NCBI GenBank assembly: GCA_951406725.2
Contig: OX597829.1
Span: 40,238,001 to 40,302,000 of the forward strand
DNA from: Octopus vulgaris
Lineage: Eukaryota
Reading direction: 5' to 3'
Length of the DNA: 64,000 nt
In this document: piece by piece, positions 50,789-64,000 of the stretch
Layout of the letters: each line of letters starts with the position of its first letter
How positions within the stretch are numbered: position 1 is the stretch's first letter
Translations under genes and position numbers: made by a program
Notes under the pieces: generated by a model
What the model was told of the DNA's origin: nothing
Seen by the model: only the letters and a program-made list of their open reading frames with translations
Database searches by the model: none

Positions 50789-52026
50789 ATAGGCATAATT
50801 GTTTCAATGTCAACTTTCCTTTGCTTCTCTGGGTCAGATGGAATTCATCGAGGAATTCTAGTGTTTCATGACCCTTCCTGGTTGATGCCAAACCTCGTCC
50901 GTTTCCAAGTAAGGTAACATCTCCCTACTGCCAGACGTGCGAAATAGTAATTGTATTATAGTGACGCTCATTTTCAACAATCATGCGATGTCAGGGTAAA
51001 AGTCCACACACACACATATACACAAGTGTGTATAGGCCTAACATCTAGAAAGAAACCATTTTGAATTTGTTTCGTGCCCCCTTTATTCTCTCGAGATGCC
51101 TGAAAAGATATGTTCATTCTAGGAGTGTACGAGTCACTGTTATTAAATATATGTAACTCCTACCAAATGTGTTAAGTGCCACTTTCTTTTGTTCATTTAT
51201 CCACTCACTTCTATGTATGTATGTGTGTTTATATATATATATATCATCATCATCATTTAACGTCCGTTTTCCATGCTAGCATGGGTTGGACGATTTGGAG
51301 GTCTGGCGAACCAGACTCCAATCTGATCTGGCAGAGTTTCTACAGCTGGATGCCCTTCCTGATGCCAACCACTCTGAGAGTATAGTGGGTGCTTTTACGT
51401 ACCACCAGCACGAGGGCCAGTTTGGTGGTACTGGCAACGGCCACGCCCAAATGGTGCTTTTTATGTGCCACCTGCACAGGAGCCAGTCCAGCGGCACTGG
51501 CGACGACCTCGCTCGAATGTTTCACATGTCACCAGCACAAGTGCTAGTAAGGTGATGCAGTAATGATCATGCTCGAATGGTGTGTTTAACGTGCCATCGG
51601 CATGAAGGCCAGCTTGTTGCTCTGGCAACAATCTCACTTGTATGGTACTCTTAGCGCTCCACCAGCAACGGATGCCAGTCACCGAGTTTGATTTCAACTT
51701 TGATTTCACTTGCCTCAATTGGTCTTCGCGAGCAGAGTTTAGTGTCCAATGAAGAAAAGGCACGCTATATATATATATATACACAGCACAAAACAGGAAA
51801 GTGCATATTTTTGGGTATTATTTATGCTCCATTACATGTGTTTCATTTGCTAACAGGAATAGATTTACATGTTATATAGACATGCAAAGCATTTCCTATT
51901 AGGAAATTTTCAGACAGAGAAAATTTTAGCAAGTGAGACAAGTGGCACATGTAATAGAGAATAAATAATACCAAACAAAATTTCCATTTTCCTCTTTCGT
52001 TTATTATCCAACAACTCTGCAAGTAA

Positions 52027-52404
52027 TCTCTCTATATGTAAACGGCAGTTTGTCTGTGTGTGTTTCTGTGTGTCTGTTAGGTTGTACCCTCACCCTGACC
52101 ACGGCTTTCAACCGATTCTGATGAAACTTGACACACACATAGCCCAATGTCATACATAAATTCAAAACTAACGCAGCGAAAATTTTGAAAAGTTCCCCCA
52201 GTTCTGAAAAAAATCGATAAATTCGACATGGGGTCGAGAATCAGAAACACAAACCACAGACTGTCTAGGGGACGCAACTCGACCTTTTTAACTAAAAAAA
52301 AAATTTACCATCATTTTTTTTCCATTTTTTTGGCTATAACTCTCTAAAAATGCTTTATAGTTATTTCCCTTACAAACCCGAGCAGTGCCGGACGATACTG
52401 CTAG
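52027..52404 (+). mobile_element. Non-autonomous Helitron
   Basis: A|TC start, gtctgtgtg microsatellite near the 5' end, 3' GC-rich hairpin-like cccgagcagtgccggacg then CTAG|T, no TSD. Confidence 0.8.
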
Positions 52405-53849
52405 TATTTCCATAATTCTCAATTTTTGTGTGCGTTTCGATATTCATTACAACACTAACTATGGATACATATTGATTGCAATAATGGAATAAGCAGATGT
52501 GCTTCAAGAAGAAACAGCTGGGATTTACCCACCACGTTTTCTGATTCAACCTTTTTAGGCGAAGGTGTGGTTGTGTGGTAAGTAGCTTGCTTCTCAACCA
52601 CATGGTTCCAGGTTCAGTCCCACTGCGTGCCTCCTTGGGTTAATGTTTTCTACTATAACCTCGGACCGACCAAAACCTTGTGAGTGAATTTGGTAGATGA
52701 AAACTGAAAGAAGCCCATCATATTTATATATATATATATAACATACATACATATATATATATGGCGTAGGAGTGGCTGTGTGGTAAGTAGCTTGCTTAAG
52801 AACCACATAGTTCTGGGTTCAGTCCCACTGCATGGCACCTTGGGCAAGTTTCTTCTACCATAGCCTCGGGCTGACCAAAGCCTTGTGAAAAGGAAACTGA
52901 AAGAAGCCTGTCATATATATGTATGGGTGTGTTTGTGGGTCTGTCCCCCAAACATCACTTGACAACCGATGCTGGTGTGTTTACGTCCCCATAACTTTGC
53001 GGTTTGGCAAAAGAGACCGATAGAATAAGTACTTGGCTTACAAAGAATAAGTCCTGAGGTCGATTTGTTCATCTAAAGGCGGTGCTCCAGCATGGCCACA
53101 GTCAAATGACTGAAACAAGTAAATGAATAAAAGAGTATATATACATATATATAGTGTGTGTGTGTGTATATATTTATGTGTCTCTGTTTGCCCCTCCCCC
53201 CCCACCATTGCTTGACAACTGATGTTGGTGTATTTAGGTCTCCATAACATAGCGGTTTGCTAAAAGACATCGATGGAATAAGTCCTGGGGTTGATTTGTT
53301 CGACTAAAGGCAGTGCTCCAGCATGGCTGCAGTCAAATGACTGAAACAAGTAAAACAGTATACATACATACATACATACATACCCAAAAGAATTCCACTC
53401 AGTTTTAGTCTGCAAATTCACGCACATGCCATTGGTCAATCTGGGTCTATAGTAGAAGATATTTCTCCAAGTTGTGCAGTGGAAACGAACTTTTTAAGCC
53501 AATGGCAGTTGGGAAGCAAGCTCCTTAATCGCATGGTCATATCTGCAAACACGTTCAAAGAACTGACGAATTCTATGGAATCGGATACTCCACTCTTCTT
53601 GGGAGGAGGGGGTAGGTAGACTCTGGCTGAGATATAAGGACATGCCTAAACATAATGTGGAGCCCCCCCCCCCCCGTTTTCCTTCCTCCTCCTGGGCCTT
53701 TCATACTCACAGCTGGATCACAGTAGCTGAGGGCATGGACCCAGTGGGGAAGATTAGTTCACTTGTGATACTATATGACTTGCAACATTTCATATGGACA
53801 GTCATCAGTGACTAATGATGGTCTATTTATGATATATGAATATAGAAAC

Positions 53850-53883
<34 letters not shown>

Positions 53884-54068
53884 GTCTGTGTATGTAATAT
53901 ATATATATTACAGGAGTGGCTGTGTGGTAAGTAGCTTGCTAACCAACCACATGGTTCTGGGTTCAGTCCCACTGCGTGGCACCTTGGGCAAGTGTCTTCT
54001 ACTATAGCCTCAGGCCGACCAAAGCCTTGCGAGTGGATTTGGTAGACGGAAACTGAAAGAAGCCTGTC

Positions 54069-54100
<32 letters not shown>

Positions 54101-54774
54101 GTGTGTTTGTGTGTCTGTGTTTGTCCCCCTAGCATTGTTTGACAACCGATGCTGGTGTGTTTACGTCCCCGTCACTTAGCAGTTCGGCAAAAGAGACCGA
54201 TAGAATAAGTACTGGGCTTACAAAGAATAAGTCCCGGGGTTGATTTGCTCGACTAAAAGGCGGTGCTCCAGCATGGCCGCAGTCAAATGACTGAAACAAG
54301 TAAAAGAGAGTATATACATGCCTGTGTGTGTAATATATATATATATATGTGTGTGTGTGTAACATATATATTTTTTCTTTTTCTTTTTTTTTCTTTTACT
54401 TGTTTCAGTCATTTGACTGCGGCCATGCTGTTGTGTGTGTATTTATATATTCACATGCACATTTATGTACATATTTATGCTTACCAATATAGTATAACTT
54501 ATACATTGTTGCATATGTTCGGTGTGTGTGTGTGTGTGTGTGTAGTTTCTTTTGTTTCTGTATTTACACAAACATATATGTATATGTGTACATCTGTGTA
54601 TTTATGTTGATGTGAGTATCTATATGTATGTGTGCACACACACACACACATCTACATGTCTGTGTGTGTGTGTTTGAGTTCTTACTTATACATACATCTG
54701 TGTCTGTTTCGTTAGAGAGAGACAGGTTGTATAGTTAATTAATGTTGGAGTCAGAAAAGAATAGCAACAGATAT

Positions 54775-54817
<43 letters not shown>

Positions 54818-54930
54818 GACTGACACCTTTTCAACTACTTAACGATGATGTCTGTACAGATTTGTCTCCATGATCAGTGCATACTTAGAGTGGTGGGCGG
54901 TGCCCGATGGAATTCCCCAGAGATTTGGCT

Positions 54931-54963
<33 letters not shown>

Positions 54964-56239
54964 TTCCATTCTTCTTCCTTTTTCTTAATTCATCTGCAGT
55001 TAGCTTAACTCATTTTGTTGAGAACTAAATATCACTTAATAACCATCACAACAACACTCTTCCTTCTACTTTCTGGTTAATTCACTTCATAAAACAAGCA
55101 AGGCTTTATACATACTTTTATTTTTTTTTGTTTTTGTTTTACCTACTTCCATATTCTTTTTCCTTCCTTCTCTGTCTCTCTCTCTCTCATATCCATCCAC
55201 ACCTTAATTTTGTTTTTCCTTTTTTTCCTCCCTGTCTAACTTCAGTTATTTAGTTGGTTTTTTTTTTTCTTCTTTTCGTTGGCTTGTTAATTATCATCAG
55301 GCAAAAACTGCTTTGCGGCATTTCTTCCAGACTTTGCTTCATTCTAAGTTCATATCCCACCAAGGTCACCGTTACTTTTCATACTACTGGGATTGACAAA
55401 AATAAAGTACCAGTTAAAGACTGGTATAAAAATTCAACCAATTGATGACGCCCCACCCCACCCCCACCCCACTTCCAACGAATTCCATGCCTTTGTACCT
55501 GTTAGAAAAAGGTAATAATAACCTGGCAGAATGGTAAGAGCACCATACAAAATGCTTTACACTTTCCATTTTAGTTTACTATCTTCTGATTTGAGCCCCC
55601 CCCCACACACACACACTCATCTCAAAGCCAACATGGCTTTTTGTCCCTTAAAGGTTCAACGAAATAAAGTAACAGTCAAGTGCTGTGGGGGTGGGGTGGG
55701 GGTGGGGGTCAATGTAATCAACTTCCCCCCTCCCCTCAAAATTTCTGGCCTTGTGCCAAAATTAGGAAAATTATTACTTAGTTGGTGAGTTGGCAAAATC
55801 GGTAGCACACCAGGAAAAAGTGCCTTTGTGACATTTTGTCCATCTTTATGCTCTGCTTTTAAAATTCCACCGAGGTTGACTTTGTCTTTTGCGTTTTTGG
55901 AGTTGAGAAAATTAGTACCATTTAAGCACTGGGAGGGTGGGGGGGTTACAAATTTCTGGTCCTTGTGCCTTATAGCAGAAAGGTTTAATATTATCATTAT
56001 TATTAAGGTGGCAATCTGGCAAGAATTGTTAACATGGTGGGCAAAATGCTTAGCAACATTTCATCTGCCTATATATATTCTGAGTTCAAACGCCACCAAA
56101 ATTGACTTTATCTTTCATTCTTTCAGGTGTTGAGGAAATAAGTACCAGTTGAATATTGAGGTTGATATAATCAGTGAGCCCCCCCCCCCCCTCCACTCCC
56201 TCAAAATTGCTGACCATGTTCCAAAAATAGAAACAGTTC

Positions 56240-56540
56240 TTTTTTTATCTTGGGGTTTTGTTGTAACTCCTGGAGTCTTGCATGCATAACAGGCTTACTA
56301 CCTGCAGACTTTGGCACCATGCTATCTGTTCTTTTGAACTATCTAATACTTTCCTGATAGTTCTGGCCATGCCAAGGAGGCAAACCTTTTGTAACAGTTT
56401 TGTTGGACACTCTATTCCAGTTTCCTTTATATCCTTTATATATGATGCCTTCTGATACTGTCCCCAAGGACCCAACAATAATTGGCACTATCCTCCTCAC
56501 CTTCTTCATTTTCCATTGCTGGGCTATTTTTTACTTAAGA
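56240..56540 (-). mobile_element. R4/Dong-type (RLE) non-LTR retrotransposon 3' fragment
   Basis: Minus strand: IAQQWKMKKVRRIVPIIVGSLGTV, then (frameshift) LLQKVCLLGMARTIRKVL. Abuts (TAT)n at 56543. Confidence 0.75.
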
Positions 56541-56675
56541 AGATTATTATTATTATTATTATTATTATTAAGGCGGTGAGCTGACAGAATTGTTCACACA
56601 CTATTTTGTCTGGTTATACATTCTGAGTTCAACTGCCACCAAGGTTGAAGTACCAACTGGATATTGGGGAGGGTC

Positions 56676-56860
56676 AATGTGCGCAACGATGTTGTTAAAC
56701 CTCCGTTAACAGCATTGTGTGCAAGTCCTTTCCATTTTCTTTCACGCACAGATAAATTTTTCACTATAGACCTTAATGGTCGTAAAGACACTATATCAGT
56801 GGATAGACTAAAAAAGTCCTTCATAGAGAAAACTGTCTCTGTTCCCACTGCAGACGACAC
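56676..56860 (+). mobile_element. Gypsy-type LTR retrotransposon integrase C-terminal fragment
   Basis: VRNDVVKPPLTALCASPFHFLSRTDKFFTIDLNGRKDTISVDRLK matches the post-GPY/F tail pattern (VR.D.V..PL..PY.GPF....D.VS.DRLK). Confidence 0.7.
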
Positions 56861-57268
56861 ACACACACACACAGCATTACAAACATGGCCCACACACCCA
56901 CCTTCACATTTCCATGACTACCACTGGGATTGACCTGGTACCGGTCAAGGATTCTGGATTATTTTACTTGTTTTTTTACTTAATTTTTGAGAGCAATCCG
57001 GTTCATTTTTAGTATTCTCATTTGTGAGTGCAGTGGAGTTTATTTCAGATATTCTCATTTTAAAAATCATTTCCAGCTAATCGTTGAGAGGACGTTGATT
57101 GTTGCCTTGGTGGAGGTTTGCGCTGCTCTCTGAGTGGTCTTGTTATTGTAGTAATGGTTGGTGTGTTGGCAGTGTTATCACCTTATGTTCCCAGGAATTA
57201 TTTTGCTTGTCATTACTATATATATATATATATATGATGTCTGTGTGTGTGTATGTATATATAATGTC

Positions 57269-57353
<85 letters not shown>

Positions 57354-57364
57354 TATATGATGTC

Positions 57365-57399
<35 letters not shown>

Positions 57400-57408
57400 G
57401 ATGTCTGT

Positions 57409-57446
<38 letters not shown>

Positions 57447-57476
57447 GATGTCTGTGTGTGTGTATATATATATATA

Positions 57477-57541
<65 letters not shown>

Positions 57542-59221
57542 ATCAGCCATATGTATAGTGTGTTTAAAGTTTGATGTTTTGCCAGTTCAGTCTGTAAAGG
57601 GAGATGAGTTGAGTGAATTTCTAAAACAAATCAATCAGAATAAAAAATGTGATTTGGGTTGGGGGGTGCAGTGCAGGGAGCAGTAAATAAATAGAAAAAA
57701 AAATAAAAGAAAGACCAGGTGGAGTAAGGGGCAGGGGCAAATAACACCGATCTGCCTTCTCCCTCCTTCCAACCTCAGCTCCTCTGCACCGTTATTTAAA
57801 ATAATCATAATCATGTTAAAGAAATTACACGCTGGTTGCATATAATGCAATTATTGAATATAATGCGATATTGATTCCTTTTTGACAAGGTACAATACCA
57901 AATTTTTATAGCAGGGGTCAAGATAGTCAATTGAATTGATGACCCCCTAGGAATAATTACTCTTTCATTTTTTTTTTTATATTTAATTTTATTATTATTT
58001 TTTTTTTCCCCCCAGTATCAATCCTAAAGTAGTGGAAAGGTAAAATTCATACACTGTTTTCTCTCTCTCTCTTTCTCTCTGCATATTTTGAACTTTTCCA
58101 CAGAATAAATGATAATGTGATATTTGGCAAAATTATTATTATTATTATTGGAAAAGGCAACAAAAAAAAATTGTTTCACTTTTGACGGTTTTTTTTTTTT
58201 TTTTTGCAACCTTTCATTAATTATTTTGTTTACAGTATTTTCCCCGTTAAGGACTGTTGAGTTGCAGATAACAGTTGAATATCGAACAAAATGACTTGCT
58301 ATATTGCAATCTTAGTTCAAATTTTACTCTGGGGAGAGAGAGGGAGGGAGGGTTCGAGAGAAGGTCGACTTTGCCGTATTTTTTTTGTTTATTTTTTTAA
58401 TCTTTCATGAGCGGTAGGCCATTAAATAAAATAGATTCCCACTCATGCTCAAATAGTAGAGTTGATAAAATGAAGTCCCACTCAAGTATTGGAGGTGATT
58501 TCTATAAAGCAGCCTTTGAAGTGGGTAGGGGTAGCAGTCAATAAAACAAAGTACCAGTTAAATATTTGGGATGGAGGTAGATAGTACTGCTTCTACTACC
58601 TATTTCTTTACTACCCACAAGGGGCTAAACAGGGACAGACAAGGACAGAGATGGGACAAACAAGGACAGACAAACGGATTAAGTCTATTATATCAACCCC
58701 AGTGCGTAACTGGTAGTAGAGGCGGTGAGCTGGCAGAATCGTTAGCACACCGGGCAAAATGCGTAGCTGTATTTCGTCTGCCACTATGTTCTGAGTTCAA
58801 ATTCCACCAAGGTCAACTTTGCCTTTCATCCTTTCGGGGTCGATTAAATAAGTACCAGTTACGCACTGGGGTTGATATAATAGACTTAATCCGTTCTACT
58901 ATAGGCACAAGTTCTGAGATTTTGTGGGAGGGCATCCAGCTGTAAAAACCATGCCAAAATTGACTCCACCTGTGCTGGTGTCACGTAAAAAGCACTCAGT
59001 CCACTCTGTAGGGTGGTTGGTGTTAGGAAGGGCATCCAGCCATAAAAAACCCTGCCGAAACAGATACAGTAACCAGGGTTAGTCTTCTACCTGGCCAGCT
59101 CCTGGCAAGTGTTCTGCCCATGCATGCATGGAAGATGGATGTTATATATATGCATGTATATCACATGTTATATATATATATATGCTATATATATGTGTGT
59201 GTGTATGTGTATATATATATA

Positions 59222-59284
<63 letters not shown>

Positions 59285-60000
59285 AGGCGCAATGGCCCAG
59301 TGGTTAGGGCATCAGACTCGCAGTTGTAGGATCGCGGTTTCGATTCTCAGACCGGGCGTTGTGAGTGTTTATTGAGTGAAAATACCTAAAGCTCCACGAC
59401 GCTCCAGCAGGAGGTGGTGGCGACCCCTGCTGTACTCTTCCACCCCAACTTTCTCTCACTCTTTCTTCTGTTGGCCTGCTCGCTTAGCCAGTGGGATGGC
59501 GTCATTTGAAGGCTAAAACAATGCAAAGCGCATTGTGACCAGTGATGTGTAGCAACATCTGATAGCCTGGTCACTCACGTGATCATGTGATTATATATAT
59601 ATGTATATATATATATGCATAACTATTAAGTATATGATATAAGTTCATTCATATTTACATAAATGGAGGAGATTCGATGTTAATATGAATAATTGTTTTT
59701 ATTCATGTAGCTATACAATTCTTTCATACAGAATGACAAGAAATACATGCTTAAGAATCTGAGTTGTCATAAAGTACCTACCGGTAGCTGGAAAGAACCT
59801 ACTATAAAGACATTAGAAATTACCTAGGTATGGTGTTATTAATCCATTTTGTAATGTGTTATAGTTCTTGGAGTCATATCTGTTTATAAAAATTTCCTTA
59901 CTAGTCACAGCAGTCTGGAAGGTTACATGAAACTCTGAGTAACAATTTGTGAATATTTTGTCAGCTGCAATAAAATAGTGTATGTACAGATAGTGTAGTG

Positions 60001-60543
60001 CAGAGGTTCTCAAACTTCTTGGGCCACTGCCTTGCTCATAGCTACATAATACTCTCAGCGCCCCCATCCTTATTTTTATGTATAAATAAATATTTTATAT
60101 TTTACTAATTTATATACACTTATTTCTTTACTGCCCACAAGGGGCTACACACAGAGGGGACAAACGGATTAAGTCGATTACATCGACCCCGGTGCGTAAC
60201 TGGTACTTGATTTATCGACCCTGAAAGGAAGAAGGGCAAAGTTGACCTCGGCGGAATTTGAACTCAGAACGTAACGGCAGACAAAATATGGCTACGCATT
60301 TCGCCTGACGTGCTAACATTTCCGCCAGCTCGCACTATGAATCATTTGATATTTTATATAATATTATATAATTTGTATGCAATACTATAATAACATTATA
60401 ATAAATTCAAAGCGTCCCCTAATCCACTGCCTTCCTCCCAACACCTCCTTTTTCTCTACCGCCCCCTTAGGCACCAGCACGCACCTGAACCATCCCAATG
60501 CCCAAGGGAGGAGGGGTGGTAGCACCCACTTTGAGAACTTATG
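60001..60543. mobile_element. hAT (Charlie/Buster-like) MITE containing a SINE B at 60120-60333
   Basis: TIRs cagaggttctcaaac / ctttgagaacttatg. 8-bp TSD gtgtagtg / ctgtagtg with central TA. Confidence 0.75.
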
Positions 60544-61529
60544 CTGTAGTGCCTGAAATTCTAGTCCTCTAAGTCACAAATATAACATTACAATCAGACA
60601 CATGACACCCTCAAACACACACACTGAGAGTTTTCCTTTGAAAAATATTTCATATTTTTTTTTATCTTTTCTTACTTAGTCATGTCAGTCGTCAATGATA
60701 ATTTGAAAATAAAGCTATTTATTTATTTTTTTATTTATTTTTGCCTGTTGGCATGTGAGCTGGTTTAGTATATTATAAGTACAGGTGATTGCCAGATTGT
60801 ACAGGTGTCTGTGAGAGGACCCACATACACACACACATACACCCAAAAGATAGTATACCCTCCCTGAAGGGTCTCTTCATTCAGTCAGTCAGTAGCTTTT
60901 TTTTGTTTTTTGTTTTTGTTTTTTTTTTGCTTTTGTTTTTAATCTTTTGTTGATGTTGGTTAAAATATGTTATTTCAGCTCATATGTAACCTTTTTTTTC
61001 CTGCTGAAATATCTGACCTGGAATTATTTTCTTTGTTGCCTCAAGTCAGATAACTTCCACATTTTGTCATCTGTTTTTTTGTTTTTTTTGGTGGGGGGGG
61101 TGTGTTGTTTGAGTATATTTTTTTAAAAATCATATTTAAATTTTATAGGGGTCTTTTTTTTTCTTTCTTATTGTTGTCTTGTTAACTTCTTCAGATTGAT
61201 GTGTAAAGTGGGGAAAGTGGAGAGATGGTCAAAATGTTGTAGTGTGTGTGTGTGGACAGAGAAAGAGAGAGTGAAGATAAAAAGAAAGATAGAGTGGAGA
61301 CAAAAAGAGAGAGAGAGAGAAAGAGATGGGACAGACAGAAAGTGAGAGGGGACAGATAAGGAGAGAGTCGGGAAGATAGAGAGAGAGAGAGAGAGCAGAG
61401 ATAAATGTCGCCTTTAACATATTTTTAGAGCACCCTTTAGATGCCTTGACTAATCTGTTCTTGTTATTCTTGTTGTTTAGCTCTCGGGGTCAGACTTGTT
61501 CCAGCAAACCTGTGATCATCTATTTCTAG

Positions 61530-62035
61530 AACCATCTATTTTTAAAGTCATCCTCAAGGTCAAAGGTGTCATAGTGTCGCTCACTAAAAACCTATGTCAA
61601 AACCCATTCACTCGTTGTCTACTTTTAAGTGAATGCGAATGATTGTCATACATCACAGCTTGAATTTCCATTCCAGAACCCAAATATTGTCTAGAATATT
61701 GACCTACTGTCTATACAAGTCATAGGCAATCTACATCCCTACAGGACTTTCTGAATGGCATGCCTAACAAAAAACTTACCTTGGATTTTTAGAAGTGCGG
61801 CCTGCCTGATGACAAGTCATATCTTATGTGGCCTAATCTTCAAAACGGGTTGTTCATACCTGGGTTAGTATATAGATGTATAGAGACATACAACTAGACT
61901 AATCTCTTCTGTCATCCATCAGATCACGAATGGTTTGTCTTTCTGAGCATCAACACACTAAAGCTTTGACAACTACCAGCTGACTTGATTGAAACCTTCA
62001 GGATTATCTATCATCTCCGACCATGACTTGTGCCA
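61530..62035 (+). mobile_element. Old CR1-type LINE RT C-terminal remnant
   Basis: Heavily decayed. LSINTLKL*QLPADLIETFRII near 61945-62012 matches the L..L..RR...DLIETFKI tail motif. Confidence 0.5.
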
Positions 62036-62977
62036 CTTTTTTTGAGTTTATCCCTTTAGCATTTAAACTTGTCGTATCTGGCCTAAAAATTCTACCTGTT
62101 TTATAATCAAAATGGCCAGATCTGGCTTTTCACACCTCCCCTACAATGTCATTTGAAAACTAAACGAGCACTAAAATGTCTAAGCCAGTACCACGTAAAA
62201 AGTACCCCTGTCAGTGCCATGTAAGAACTCATGTATAAAGCGCCAGTGCTGGTGCTACGTAACAGCACTGGTGTTAGTGCTGCCACGTAAAAAGCACCCC
62301 AGTACACTCCCTAAAGTAGTTGGCATTGGGAAGGGCGTCCAGCCATAGGAATCAAGCCAAAACAAACAATTGGAACTTGGTGCAGTTCTCCAGCTGGCCA
62401 GCTTCTCTCAAACCATTCTACCCATGCCAACATGGAAGATGGACATTAAATGATGATGATGATGATAAGATAATGCATGATTAATTCAAAACGAGGTAAA
62501 GAAACAAACATTAAATTTGATAGAGTAACCTGAATGTTAACGGGTTAATGTTTGAACAACTTGGATTATGGTTATAAAATCCTTTTTTATACAAAAACAA
62601 AACAAAAAAAAAAACTAAAATATCAGTACAATGCTCAAGCTTTTAATGCTAAGAATTATTGAAGCATTTTGATAATCTACTTCAATTGTTTACTATATTC
62701 TTCAAAATATTCCATGCATCCTGTAACCCACCTACACTACTCATGGGGTAAGGTGGCGGGCTGGCAGAAACGTTAGCACGCCGGGCGAAATGCGTAGCCA
62801 TATTTCGTCTGTCGTTACGTTCTGAGTTCAAATTCCGCCGAGGTCAACTTTGCCTTTCATCCTTTCGGGGTCGATTAAATAAGTACCAGTTACGCTCTGG
62901 GATCAATGTAATCGACTTAATCCCTTTGTCTGCCCTTGTTTGTCCCCTCTATGTTTAGCCCCATGTGGGCAGTAAAG

Positions 62978-63013
<36 letters not shown>

Positions 63014-63794
63014 TACTCATGGTTAACCCCCACACTTTTTTCCCCTCTCTGTAACTCTTAAGCATTATACATTTTTGTCTGTCCACTGTGTACTCTGCTG
63101 GTTCCTTGTAATGGCTATTCGTACCATCTTTCTTTGTTCCGCCGATTTCTAGCTGTTTTTTTTGTTTTCCTTTTTTTCTTTCTTTGATATTTGTAATACA
63201 TCTTAACAGTATGCAATGAACGTATTGTTTATATTTAGCCATTCAAGAACACATAATGTACTTGTTAACTTCACTCAAACATTTATTGTTTGGTGTCAAA
63301 ATTTTTCATTTGCACCACAATAAATATTTAACCCTTTAACATTCAAACTGGCCATTTCTGGCCCCCAATGTTCTACTTGCTTTATGTCCAAACAAACCAG
63401 ATCTCACCTACCCTTCAATGCCATTCTAACACCTCACGCCTACCCTTCAGTGCCATTTTAAAACTAAACAATTCCATCATTGAAATTTCAAAGCTATGAG
63501 ATTAATGCATCGTTAATTCAAAATAATTTGAATAAATAAGCATTATATTTGACAGAATAAATCTGAATGCTAAAGGTTTTTAAGTGAACTTAACAGTCCA
63601 TTCTGTGTTTTTGAATGGCTAATATGTATCCTCAATACTGACTGTTTTAGTTTTAGCATGTGGTCTCAAGATCAAATCACTTACCTGGCAAGTAGTACAC
63701 CTCCAAAGTTATTATTTTATCTTATTCCTTCTGTCTTTTTACTTTTTTTTTTTTAAGACATAGTATATCTCTGACAACCTTCCCTGCTGCAAAT

Positions 63795-63960
63795 TCCATA
63801 GCTCACGATACCAGAGGGCGCACGCTCTCCTACCCTGATGTAATCTCCAGGGATACAGGCATCCAACAACAGGACCTCCGTGGTGCTATGATGGACCGTG
63901 AGGGCTGGCGTAACATAGTAAATTCCATTGTCTCAACCATGGTCGAACAATGAATGAATC
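63795..63960 (+). mobile_element. RTE-type LINE 3' end
   Basis: RGRTLSYPDVISRDTGIQQQDLRGAMMDREGWRNIVNSIVSTMVEQ* followed by (tgaa)n. DR..WR is the typical terminal motif. Confidence 0.65.
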
Positions 63961-64000
63961 TCTGCCGCATCCTTCTTATGGTTTTGTTTATATTTTGAAG

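Noticed and set aside
52118-52127. CTGATGA motif as a hammerhead
   Set aside because: No helix II or separate GAAA; it is an internal motif of the Helitron.
53778-53813. Minus-strand CTGATGA..GAAA motif
   Set aside because: No pairing in helix II or helix I.
55686-55710. G-quadruplex-forming G4-5 runs
   Set aside because: Lies in the slippage-prone variable segment of an old SINE; nothing indicates function.
59283-59360. tRNA genes at SINE heads
   Set aside because: A/B boxes are present, but the sequences run into shared SINE bodies and lack a complete cloverleaf with acceptor stem.

Overview
AT-rich, microsatellite-dense eukaryotic DNA that is almost entirely intronic or intergenic. The SINE families and TA/CA/TAA/GA repeat load look like an octopus (coleoid cephalopod) genome; this is recognition, not a database result. 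No intact protein-coding gene can be supported, and nearly all listed ORFs are microsatellite or SINE artefacts. The window holds dozens of copies of four SINE families. It also has decayed transposon fragments: DD41D Tc1/mariner, Tigger/pogo, CR1-type LINE, RTE-type LINE, R4/Dong-type, Gypsy integrase, and a Naiad-like Penelope element with RT and GIY-YIG. Non-autonomous Helitrons and piggyBac- and hAT-like MITEs are present too. The most interesting signal is a set of small non-coding inserts within or next to (TA)n tracts. They carry four recognisable and one degenerate minimal type I hammerhead ribozyme cores (192-227 -, 14213-14257 +, 14484-14529 +, 49211-49298 +, 48932-49005 -), mostly with palindromic helix III and often with inverted-duplicated tails. 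This suggests a Penelope/retrozyme-like family of self-cleaving, dsRNA-forming elements. A few weak candidate exons are noted.
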